The notes under the pieces were generated by a model. It had not been told where the DNA came from, made no database searches, and was given only the letters and a program-made list of their open reading frames with translations. This document shows, one piece after another, positions 25,706 through 32,960 of a DNA stretch of 55,863 nucleotides (position 1 is the stretch's first letter; every line of letters starts with the position of its first letter). Source of the stretch: Girardia tigrina (taxonomy: Eukaryota); the NCBI GenBank assembly GCA_001938485.1, contig MQRK01242463.1, positions 1 to 55,863 of the forward strand, given 5' to 3'. Made by a program: the position numbers and the translations under genes.

Positions 25706-28500
25706 TCCACCCTCGTTTCCGGGACATTCTTTATGGTGGGGCACCTTGATTTGTGGGGAAATTTTGGTTTTTGGGGCAAGTTTTAAGAATCACACTATTA
25801 CATATTATTTATATTGTGTTTTTATTCCAAAAGTACAATTATGTTTCGTTTTTTGGGGCATATTTTTTAACCTAAAAATGATATTAAATCTTGGTCTGAA
25901 ATAATTATCAAAATTTCCCCAAATTTAAAATATTACAAGCTTTTTTTTAAAAAATAATGGATAAACTTTTATTATTCTATTAATTAACTGTTTATTTTTT
26001 TAACTTGTGCTTTCATTAAACATTATGCCAAATAACAAAAGTTCAAATCGTTATTAATTGAATATTATTACAAAAATATTTCTAACTTGGTGATAAGAAA
26101 TTTATTCAAAAAGTTAATTTTAAAGTAACTAAAGACAAAGAGGGCCGAATTTTATTATCGGATTGTTGTTGGAAGTGTGTTGTAATTTATAAAGAAAAAA
26201 CATTCAGTTTGGAAACACAAGACAAAAAACACAACTTCCATAACACAACGATTGGATATGGGTTTGATAAAGGCATTCAAGGATCATTACAATAATTCTC
26301 TTGTTGATTTTTTGGCAACTGAAGAACCGCTGGAGGATACCGGAACAGCTGAAATTTGTGAAAAAGTTCGTTATGATAAACTAAAGCTGGGATGGGAAAA
26401 ACTTAAAGAATTGGAAAATTTCATTGAATAAAAAAAAGAATACATCAAAAAGAATACATCAAGTTTAGAATGCAATTTAATAATTTTTTAAAGAAGGAAT
26501 TTAAATTTGAGAAAACAATAACTGATTATTTTAAAAAATTGGAATAAATTTTATTTAGTTTTTCGATGTTTTTTAATTTTTTGGGTGTTTTTTGGTTTTG
26601 GGGGCAAAATTTGATATTTTTTGCCCAAAACCGAGGGTGGATTGTATATATATATATATATATATATNNNNNNNNNNNNNNNNNNNNNNNNNNNNNNNNN
26701 NNNNNNNNNNNNNNNNNATATATATTATAAAAAAATAATTAAAAATCCATTCAAATTAGAAAATTAAGAGAATGGTGAAACTTTGCTTTAGAATAAAATA
26801 AAACACTTTATTGAGGAAAACATTCGTGTATCATGTTAAAATAAATATTTTTTTACATATTTTATAGTACCTATCATATTTCATGGTGACTCACCTTGAT
26901 TTTGATCACTTTTGAGTCGTGTTAATAACAATTATGACTGTTGTTTTTTTAATATTTTTAGATCGCCAATTTAGAGCTTTGAATATTGAACGAAGAATTT
27001 TAATACAAAAGCACTTGCTATTGAGATTGTAGCGCTTAAGGTGAAGGTACGGAATCAGAGAAAATTGCAAAGAATTATTTAAGCATTCAGCCAAAAAACC
27101 GTGTTTTGTTGATAAGAAAAGTATATTTCTAAAAAGGAATAGTTATGATTCCAAATTTATTCATATCCTATATCATAAATATATGACATATTAGGTGCAA
27201 CGAACTGTGGATGATGATGCAACGTCTTAAGGAGTTGAAATCTGATACGCCTGCACTAAACTCTTTAAATTATGCTTGCAAGGGTCTGTAACAAATATTT
27301 GGGATAACCACATCTTGCTGATGAAGATACACTGTCAGTGTTGATATATCTGCGAATGGTGTCCACCACTGCTACTTTCGGATGTCCTACTAACCTTATC
27401 GTTTTTCACTTGGATTTTCCTCTAATAAAAATCCCACAATGACGCCCCTTTCCAAATCATTCAGGTCGTAATGCTTCATATACAGGGAAGTTACATAATA
27501 TGCATATAATATATCACAATTCGATTGATTATTAATAGCAGAACAATGAAAAAAGACTTAATAAGAGGATAAATATCACTAGTTGCTGAGCATCTAGATA
27601 GGTGAATTTTTAACACATAATCTCCTTGTGTTATATTAGAAAATATCATAATTAAGTGAGCTCCAGATGACATTCTGTTCCCGAAAATGAAGTGCGTTAC
27701 TAGTGGTGTATGTAATGTATTCTTATTGCAACGCCGTGTAAAATGAATAATTATAAACATTTTATTACAAATGATACTGGCTTACATCTTCATGATAAAA
27801 TATATCAGGCAGAGTGAAATAGGAAATAAAAGTATTCATTATTATTAAATTCATTGGTAGTCGTGGTTTATGAAGAATAAATTTTAACGGAAATTAATAG
27901 AAATTTTGTACAAATGGTCAAGAAAAATACATAAATACCAATTTAACCCCTTTACCGTGGAAAAAAATTTTTTTTGGAAACTGTGTAATTGTTTTCTTTC
28001 ATTATTTGATTTGTTATGTTGTCCTGACAAAATAAAACATCATTGTGAGTGAAAATGAATTGCCATGTAGAATTTATGAAGTAAAGTAATTATGAATTTT
28101 TTCATATGACCAGTTAACTCGTGACACACGGTAAAGGAGTTAAAACGATGATAATTAGTGAAAGCTCTGTTGAGAATTGTCCCGAAGACAATTCAAATTG
28201 TGTTATAAATAAAAGTCTTGAAAAATATATTTGTACTCTTAATAATATATATATATGAATTAGTATTTTTCTTTTTATTTATAGTTGCAGTTATATTTTC
28301 AGAATATGAAGGTGTCATCTAGCTCTGGAAATGTCAATTTAATTGATAATATTTTTGAAGGTTCTGATGATGAAGTAGCGAAAAAGTATAGAATGACAAA
28401 AAAGAGTATCACAATTCAAATTAAGCCGCCTCTATCAGACAAAACTGATTTGACATCTTCGACTAGTACTAAAGTTTCCGAAAATCTACATATATTATAA
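936..28500 (+). CDS. Multi-exon gene (5' end not resolved): single-pass membrane protein with four divergent Ig-like domains; exons 936-1181, 1229-1258, 5732-6037, 15506-15751, 22339-22665, 22719-22924, 25431-25625, 28285-28500
   Basis: All junctions are GT-AG with matching phases (1-1 for the Ig exons, then 0). The spliced frame has no stop for about 589 codons. Domains show Ig-like C...W...C spacing (domain 3 lacks the Trp) and 10 N-x-S/T sequons, then a hydrophobic TM segment [24 protein letters not shown] and a cytoplasmic tail. Confidence 0.8.
1229..1258 (+). CDS. IgSF gene 30-nt micro-exon ([10 protein letters not shown]), probable last strand of Ig domain 1
   Basis: Follows a 47-nt intron (1182-1228) ending tattttag; donor acag|gtatat; phase 1-1. 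Confidence 0.55.
1297..2423 (-). mobile_element. Decayed pogo/Tigger-type DNA transposon
   Basis: Imperfect TIRs (tagtcaatcctgttcaatatgaac / reverse of gttcatatggaacaggtttaacga) in TA context; minus-strand DDE_1 remnants [22 protein letters not shown] and C-terminal QLKITDF. Confidence 0.75.
2432..3031 (-). mobile_element. Internally deleted Tc1-like element (600 bp)
   Basis: About 32-bp TIRs CAGTCAGGTGCAAAAGTTTGTCAACGCTTGTT with TA flanks; paired-like HTH N-terminus with GRPR motif (ORF 2630..2863); no catalytic domain. Confidence 0.85.
3032..3090. repeat. (TA)n/(TG)n microsatellite next to an assembly gap
   Basis: Visible directly; similar (TA)n tracts at ~11840-11983, 20928-20958, 25058-25098, 25674-25702 and 26645-26667. 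Confidence 0.95.
3365..4790 (+). mobile_element. 5'-truncated RLE non-LTR retrotransposon (NeSL/Utopia-like), decayed
   Basis: RT C-terminal region (ORF 3378..4142), CCHC-type remnant [10 protein letters not shown]...RNARHNAVL, restriction-like endonuclease motifs KHVDLQI, IKCP and IIVGALGSW; stops and frameshifts. Confidence 0.8.
5732..6037 (+). CDS. IgSF gene exon: Ig-like domain 2 (LLNESISC...IEW...PGSYNITC)
   Basis: Acceptor ttttcgttgtag, donor acag|gtaaat; 306 nt, phase 1-1; lies inside ORF 5716..6051. Confidence 0.8.
6375..6585 (+). mobile_element. Possible small non-autonomous Helitron
   Basis: 5' ctatctattaataaaagc resembles Helitron 5' ends; 3' short GC hairpin ccgatcccgg followed by ccagt (CTAG variant). 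Degenerate. Confidence 0.3.
6927..13170 (-). mobile_element. Decayed Ty3/Gypsy LTR retrotransposon internal region (gag-PR-RT-RH-IN)
   Basis: Gag CCHC knuckle [14 protein letters not shown], protease FLDTGA, RT MPFG and YLDD, RNase H FTLRTDHK, integrase IIDQFSK and IHVDCG. A polypurine tract aaaaagggggga is followed by TGTGAG (3' LTR start at 6926). Many stops and frameshifts; no 5' LTR seen. Confidence 0.93.
8290..9945 (-). mobile_element. Full-length Tc1 (DD34E) element with ~240-bp TIRs, nested in the Gypsy RNase H region
   Basis: Ends CAGTAGGAGACAAATTATTAC on both sides with TA duplication; transposase 9573->8588 (frameshifted) with FSDES and QDGAPCH-34-E (SPDLNPIE); removing it restores Gypsy LLAIYYFCQHF. 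Confidence 0.95.
14000..14410 (+). pseudogene. Degenerate multi-C2H2 zinc-finger gene fragment
   Basis: [10 protein letters not shown]...FESH and [22 protein letters not shown] plus two more degraded fingers; stop at 14261-14263 and frameshifts. Confidence 0.65.
14423..14515 (+). pseudogene. EEF2: Elongation factor 2 (eEF2) G-domain fragment, in frame with the ZnF fragment
   Basis: [31 protein letters not shown] aligns by eye to eEF2 KSTLTDSLVxKAGIIAxxRAGxxRFTDTRKD. Confidence 0.7.
15223..15437. mobile_element. Tigger/pogo-type MITE
   Basis: TIR CAGTAAAACCT ... AGGTTTTACTG with TA flanks; a second left-end copy inside at ~15328. Confidence 0.75.
15506..15751 (+). CDS. IgSF gene exon: Ig-like domain 3 (DVICCDVT...[10 protein letters not shown])
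   Basis: Acceptor tttttctttatatag, donor tta a|gtaagt; 246 nt, phase 1-1; lies inside ORF 15484..15828. Confidence 0.72.
16001..16677 (-). pseudogene. Chimeric open frame downstream of the UBA2 fragment: unassigned domain plus degenerate PWWP N-terminus
   Basis: ORF 15993..16658 has no visible UBA2 similarity; it ends [21 protein letters not shown] (PWWP-like) followed by a GTAAGT donor at 16000. Confidence 0.55.
16678..16925 (-). pseudogene. UBA2: SUMO-activating enzyme subunit 2 (UBA2/SAE2) N-terminal fragment
   Basis: [18 protein letters not shown]...[20 protein letters not shown], continuing after a frameshift as [22 protein letters not shown] and AKHD; truncated, with substitutions in conserved positions. 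Confidence 0.85.
17560..18290 (-). mobile_element. Decayed DD41D (rosa/Visitor-type) Tc1/mariner transposase
   Basis: FSDDA, then QQDG...[11 protein letters not shown] with exactly 41 residues between the 2nd and 3rd Asp; stops and frameshifts; boundaries approximate. Confidence 0.75.
18590..20200 (+). mobile_element. Penelope-like element (RT + GIY-YIG endonuclease), decayed
   Basis: [41 protein letters not shown]; endonuclease [25 protein letters not shown]; several stops. Confidence 0.93.
20158..20197 (+). ncRNA. Degenerate minimal hammerhead-ribozyme-like motif at the PLE 3' end
   Basis: (C>A)TGAAGA-T-GACGG-ttgat-CCGTC-GAAA-TAT; perfect stem II; located where PLE hammerheads are known to occur. 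Confidence 0.6.
20471..20756 (-). mobile_element. Helitron 3' terminus and adjacent non-autonomous element (5' end in or near the gap)
   Basis: Minus strand reads ACCCGTCA-TA-TGACGGGT hairpin, then tattta, CTAG|T: the canonical Helitron 3' end. Confidence 0.75.
21232..21426. mobile_element. piggyBac-type MITE (195 bp)
   Basis: TTAA on both flanks; ~30-bp imperfect TIRs CA(G/C)GTTGAGTG...CGA(C/T)CCACCAGTGG. Confidence 0.8.
22339..22665 (+). CDS. IgSF gene exon: Ig-like domain 4 (GSQIIC...DFEW...GIYILRC)
   Basis: Acceptor gttttcag, donor acag|gttttt; 327 nt open, phase 1-1; absent from the ORF track. Confidence 0.82.
22719..22924 (+). CDS. IgSF gene exon: transmembrane segment and juxtamembrane region
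   Basis: Follows a 53-nt intron (22666-22718) with a ctaa branch-like site; encodes a 24-aa hydrophobic stretch; donor acg|gtaatt, phase 0. Confidence 0.8.
23617..25017 (-). mobile_element. Mutator-like element (MULE) with FLYWCH + MULE transposase, frameshifted and 3'-deleted
   Basis: 9-bp TSD AGTAACAAG (23608-23616 and 25018-25026); TIRs GGT..G.CGACTTTACCGCGG with tandem subrepeats; FLYWCH-like YSY...FWRC....C.G...H.H; WFMDGSF, IMMDFE and GCFFH. Confidence 0.93.
25098..25346 (+). mobile_element. Penelope-like fragment: GIY-YIG piece joined to a pre-RT piece
   Basis: [24 protein letters not shown] is closely similar to 19830-19965; it is followed by [16 protein letters not shown], which resembles the PLE pre-RT motif. 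Confidence 0.75.
25431..25625 (+). CDS. IgSF gene exon: cytoplasmic tail part 1
   Basis: Acceptor atctttgtag, donor aaa|gtaaga; 195 nt, phase 0-0; in frame with ORF 25440..25673. Confidence 0.65.
25703..26644 (+). mobile_element. Non-autonomous pogo/Tigger-type element inserted in (TA)n
   Basis: TIR CA(G/A)TCCACCCTCG.TT; remnant of a transposase C-terminus (KTITDYFKK). Confidence 0.75.
27200..27480 (-). mobile_element. Tc1 transposase N-terminal remnant
   Basis: [16 protein letters not shown]...[21 protein letters not shown] across a frameshift. Confidence 0.5.
27947..28139. mobile_element. piggyBac-type MITE (193 bp)
   Basis: TTAA|CCCCTTTACCGTG ... CACGGTAAAGGAG|TTAA. Confidence 0.8.
28285..28500 (+). 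CDS. IgSF gene terminal exon: Ser/Thr/Lys-rich cytoplasmic tail
   Basis: Polypyrimidine tract plus tag at 28284, phase 0, ends TAA at 28500; equals ORF 28285..28500. Confidence 0.6.
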   Translation: MQLYFQNMKVSSSSGNVNLIDNIFEGSDDEVAKKYRMTKKSITIQIKPPLSDKTDLTSSTSTKVSENLHIL

Positions 28501-30116
28501 TTAATTATGTTTGTTTTTACTGTGACGATTAATGTTGACTGAACTTTTTATGGACTCTATGATATTTTAATGATATAAAGATTTATTTTAAATTTATTAA
28601 CATGAGAAGCACCAGATGATTTTGATATGCATTTAAAATCATCAATTTAAAGAAGTTAATTAACGGAAAATTCAAAGTAATATTCAAAGTAAATTCACAA
28701 TTTATCCTATTAAGTCTCGTCAGATATCATAATGCGTTGGGGACATATAGTTATTTTTTGTAATACATTCGATCGGTTGGCTATTTTTTCTATATACATT
28801 TCTATGATTTCCCACCAAGAGAAATAAAAGTTGACGGATATTAAATTTACAAACCAAAGTTTGAGGCTTGCAGAACCAACTGTCCTTGTAAAAGTGTATT
28901 TATATTTCCATAATGTTCATCGGATATGAGCCCCTTGAGTTACAGTATTTAATTTTGAATTTTTCTATTGAAATCAACAGAATTAAATGTTGAAAATTTT
29001 AAAAAGTATGTTTTGTAGGATTTTTATTGAAAATGTTTACAGAATATTTGTTTAAAAAAATAAAGAACAAAAATTGACTGCTTTTTGTTAAAAAAAACTT
29101 GTTAAATAATGAAAAAGTGAGCATAAGAATTTTTATTTGGTATATACATATACATTTTGACGCGTATATTAGAATATTACCCTTTTCGTTGATCCATGAT
29201 TGCAGTGACCAAAAAATTTAATTATGTCAATATTTACAATTAATTACCTCGCCATAAATTAATCCACCAAACTCTTTGATTCAATTTTCAAAATCTTGCA
29301 AATTTATTAAATAATTTTCACATAAAACTAAAAATTTATTTTAAAACTTATTTAAAATTGTTTCATAACTTCTATTAAAATATATAAATTGTTATGGCAG
29401 TAAAAATATTTTTATTTGTAAATAAATATTTAATATTTAATGGTTTTCTTATCATTTTTAATTTTAAGATATTTAATAGATACATTAGAAAGATATTTAA
29501 ATTTTTTATGAATTTCTTTTATTATATCATTTTTAATTTTAAAATATTTAATAAGCATATTAACATTAAAATATTTTACCTTTTAAATTAAAAAAATAAT
29601 AAATTATTCTGGCGAGATGCAAATTTAAATTAAGTCTTCATAGTAAGTAGAGCGGAGAATTGCTTATTTGACCGAACATTTTTGCTAGTTTCCGGAAAAT
29701 ATAAATAAAAAATATAATTAACTTAATAAACTAAATAATTAATTAAATTAAAAGTAAATAATTAAATAAAGTTAAAAATAAACAAATTAAAAAAAATAAA
29801 TAAATTAAATTAAATAAATAATAAATAAATAAGTCGATGGTGAATTCACCAACAGAAAAAGTGTCACTTCGTTCACAGTCGATATTATTATCATTATCCA
29901 TTGTTAGAGAAGAAAGAAACAAATCGATTGTTAATTAAATTGTGGTGAGCCTCATTGTTATTTATCTAATGGAAAAGGATTTTCTCTGCATGTAAGTGTG
30001 TTTGTGTGTTGTATGAATGAATTGTCTGCATGCATGTGTGTTAAAGTCTGAAATGTAAATAATGATTGGTATGATATGTGAATTTGATTGGATGTGTGTG
30101 TAAAGAAATTTTTAAA

Positions 30117-30780
30117 GTGAGTCAATCACAAAAAAAAGTGTGTGAAGTTTAAATCAGTTTAAATCAATTTCAAAAACGGTGATTGTTGTTCAATAAAGTC
30201 TTCAAATAATTTTTCGTATATTTATTATCATGAAGACATGTGTAACATTGTCGAAAGCTTATGAGCAATATGAAAAATTTCCTCTCAAAAAAGATGAGGA
30301 AATAGTGTACATCTATGTCATGAAATTCCTGACGATGCTTTCTGAAGTTAAAAAGTTATTTAAAAGCGATAGAAAATACATTAACGTGATGTGCAATTCC
30401 GAGAAAGTCAATCAGGCATTTGAGAAAGTAGAAAAGTTAAAAGATAGTTTACAAGCGCGATATGAGCTCGATAAACAAAGAAAAATAAAAATGAAAAAGG
30501 AGCAGTGAAAGACTTCAATAATGTTGTGAAGGAATTCGTTAACGTGAAAGAATTCCACAAATGTATCAAACAGAATGAGAATGTATTGATTATTGATTCG
30601 CGATCGGAATCAGAATTTGCCGCGTGTCACATTTCTCACATACGAATTCTTAATAGCCCGCTGATTCGCTGAGTGTTTTAGAAGATGAATCGACAAACAT
30701 TTTTTCTTCTCCCAAAATATCGTGGAGACACGGCTTCCTGTCCAGTAAGGATGTCGATTTTCTAAAGCTTATTTTTTTGT
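30117..30780 (+). pseudogene. USP8: USP8-like N-terminal fragment (USP8 dimerisation/MIT-like + rhodanese domain), disrupted
   Basis: KKDEEIVYIYVMKFL...EKLKDSLQARYE matches the USP8 N-terminus; after a frameshift, VLIIDSRSESEFAACHI matches the rhodanese domain; no catalytic domain. Confidence 0.75.
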
Positions 30781-31000
30781 AATATTTGATTAATGAGAAT
30801 TTTTTTCAATTTCAGATATATCTTTGAAAAGACGAATGACAAATTTTATTAAAGTCAAGGGTAGCGCATTTCAAATACATTTTAAATGACAATAAATATA
30901 ATTGTCCAATGAATTACTAACTCTTTTATTCACTTGTAAATAAATGCAAAAAATGATGATTGTATATTCAATTATATGAAGTCATTCTGAACTAACGGTC

Positions 31001-31041
31001 TACACTGACTGTGACGATTGATCCGTCAAAATATATTGTCA
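31001..31041 (+). ncRNA. Second, orphan copy of the hammerhead-like motif (core mutated)
   Basis: CTGActg-T-GACGa-ttgat-CCGTC-aAAA-TATATT-GTCA, clearly homologous to 20158-20197. Confidence 0.5.
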
Positions 31042-31473
31042 TCTACAAAAACAATTTTATTTATTTATTTTAAAAAATTTTACTAATCGAAACAGAAAAA
31101 CTGTGAGATGTTGAGCAGTATCATTTTTAATTGAACGTTTAATACTTTTATTGCTGATCGCATACTATTGTGAGATGTGATGTGATCAAATGTTGGATTA
31201 TCCCGTATTATTGTATAATAGAACTTATGCAAACAAGTGTTATCCTTTTGGCAATTCTTAGGCTCTTAAAAAAGTTGTTTTTCCGATTAACTGTTACAAG
31301 TCAGACCTAACAAAAAGCGTACTAAAGTATTTGAATATCCGTTTACATGTGTTTATTCTCTTATTTACATTCAATAATGTGAATTTCATATAAAAGATAA
31401 CCCATAAGTAAGTAAAAAATATTTTCTTTAAAATATATTATGTCAAATTTGTGATCGAATTTACGAAATTAAT

Positions 31474-31655
31474 TTAAAAAATATAAACTTATCAAATCAT
31501 TATTTTAATTGTGTTCGAATAATTAATCACTGTGGATATAAAAAATACCAATTTCCATCTGGATGGAAGAATTACCATTCTAAGTCCAGCATACTCAGAT
31601 CAACATACAGCATCCATACATTAACACATCAATACAACTTAAAATATTCCTCACA
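31474..31655 (+). repeat. Unclassified interspersed repeat, copy A
   Basis: About 180 bp align by eye with 47040-47225 (minus); shorter copies at 34330-34451 (+), 51400-51492 (+), 18358-18420 (-) and 37395-37432 (+). Confidence 0.8.
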
Positions 31656-31899
31656 ATAATAATAATTTTTTAAATAATAAATAATTACGTATAAAAAATT
31701 GAAACAGAAACTTTCAAAGTCAAAAATTTAACTCATCCGTCATACATGACAAATTCTTTGATAGTATTTAAATATTTGAAAACATTTTGTTATTACTAAA
31801 CCATTTTCAATTTATCGACGTTTAATTTCAATTTATTAATATAGTACAGTATGCCCGATTAGTACGTATAATATTAAGGCAATCATACCAGAGTTTTGT

Positions 31900-32960
31900 A
31901 ACAATCGATATACAGTAAACAACGTTTATTTAATGAACAAATAAACTCGAACAAATAATTTGTATCATAAATTTTCGAGGTTACCGCCATCTGCGTCGAT
32001 ACAGGCTTGAATTCCCTTCTTGACCGACTCATCCCAGCACCAGAAGTACATCAGATCCGAATCAGTCTAAACCTTTAACAATTATCGACGAAGAAATTGC
32101 AAATTTTTGATTTTCTGGTGAGATAAATGTTTATCTAAAATGTACCAAACTGAAAACTGGAATGATGATAAATCGGGACTATTCGGAGTTCTCAAATCAT
32201 TCTTAATTTAATCCTTGACTTTTGGTACATTTTAACAGGTTATCAGTCTTGCTAACAGACCATTTCTGGGTTTTTGGTTCCATGGATTGATGGTCTTCTT
32301 AATATGCTCATCTTTGTAAGTTTGGAGTTTATATTAATGTTTTGTCGATAAAAGTCCGCTCAATAATGGTGTTTGTCTAAACTACTTACTACATCAAAAA
32401 ACTTTTTGGAAACAGCATCTTTGTTGAAAATTCTCTTCTGTTTTTTAGACATGGTGACAAAAATTTCCAGTGATATTCAGAGTTTTTGGAGACGTCAATG
32501 GTAAAAATATTTATGTTCCACCATATGACATTCTCAAGGCGTTGTAGTCGAAAGAAAATCAATTTCCGGCCTTTTTCGAAATTTGTTTGTTTTCCTTGAT
32601 CTGTTAGCAGTTGTTCATTTAAGATTCGATAGCTTTAGAATCAAAACTATTGTGCACAATTGATTGAAGATTCAATAGAGCCATTCCGAGACTTTTACCA
32701 TTTAATTAAGATTCACTCCTTCATTTCTGGTGATATACATTTTGACTATTTTTTTAGCCTTCTTGGATTGCATAGTGTTTGGGTGATCTTGTTTTATCTT
32801 CTCCTTCATGTCACCTATTTTTCTTCATTTTGCAAAAACTTTGTAGACCAATGGAATTGAAAACTTGAATCTTGTTTCGATCACAGCTGCTTTCATTCTA
32901 GAACGGCATAAATTAACAAATTCAATCCGATTTTGTGAGACCTTAATCAAACTTAATGTT
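31900..32960 (-). mobile_element. Highly decayed Tc1/mariner-superfamily (possibly DD37D/maT-like) transposase remnant
   Basis: Minus-strand SPDLSSFQFSVWYIL, LLTDQ and IFTID remnants; many stops; limits approximate. Confidence 0.5.
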
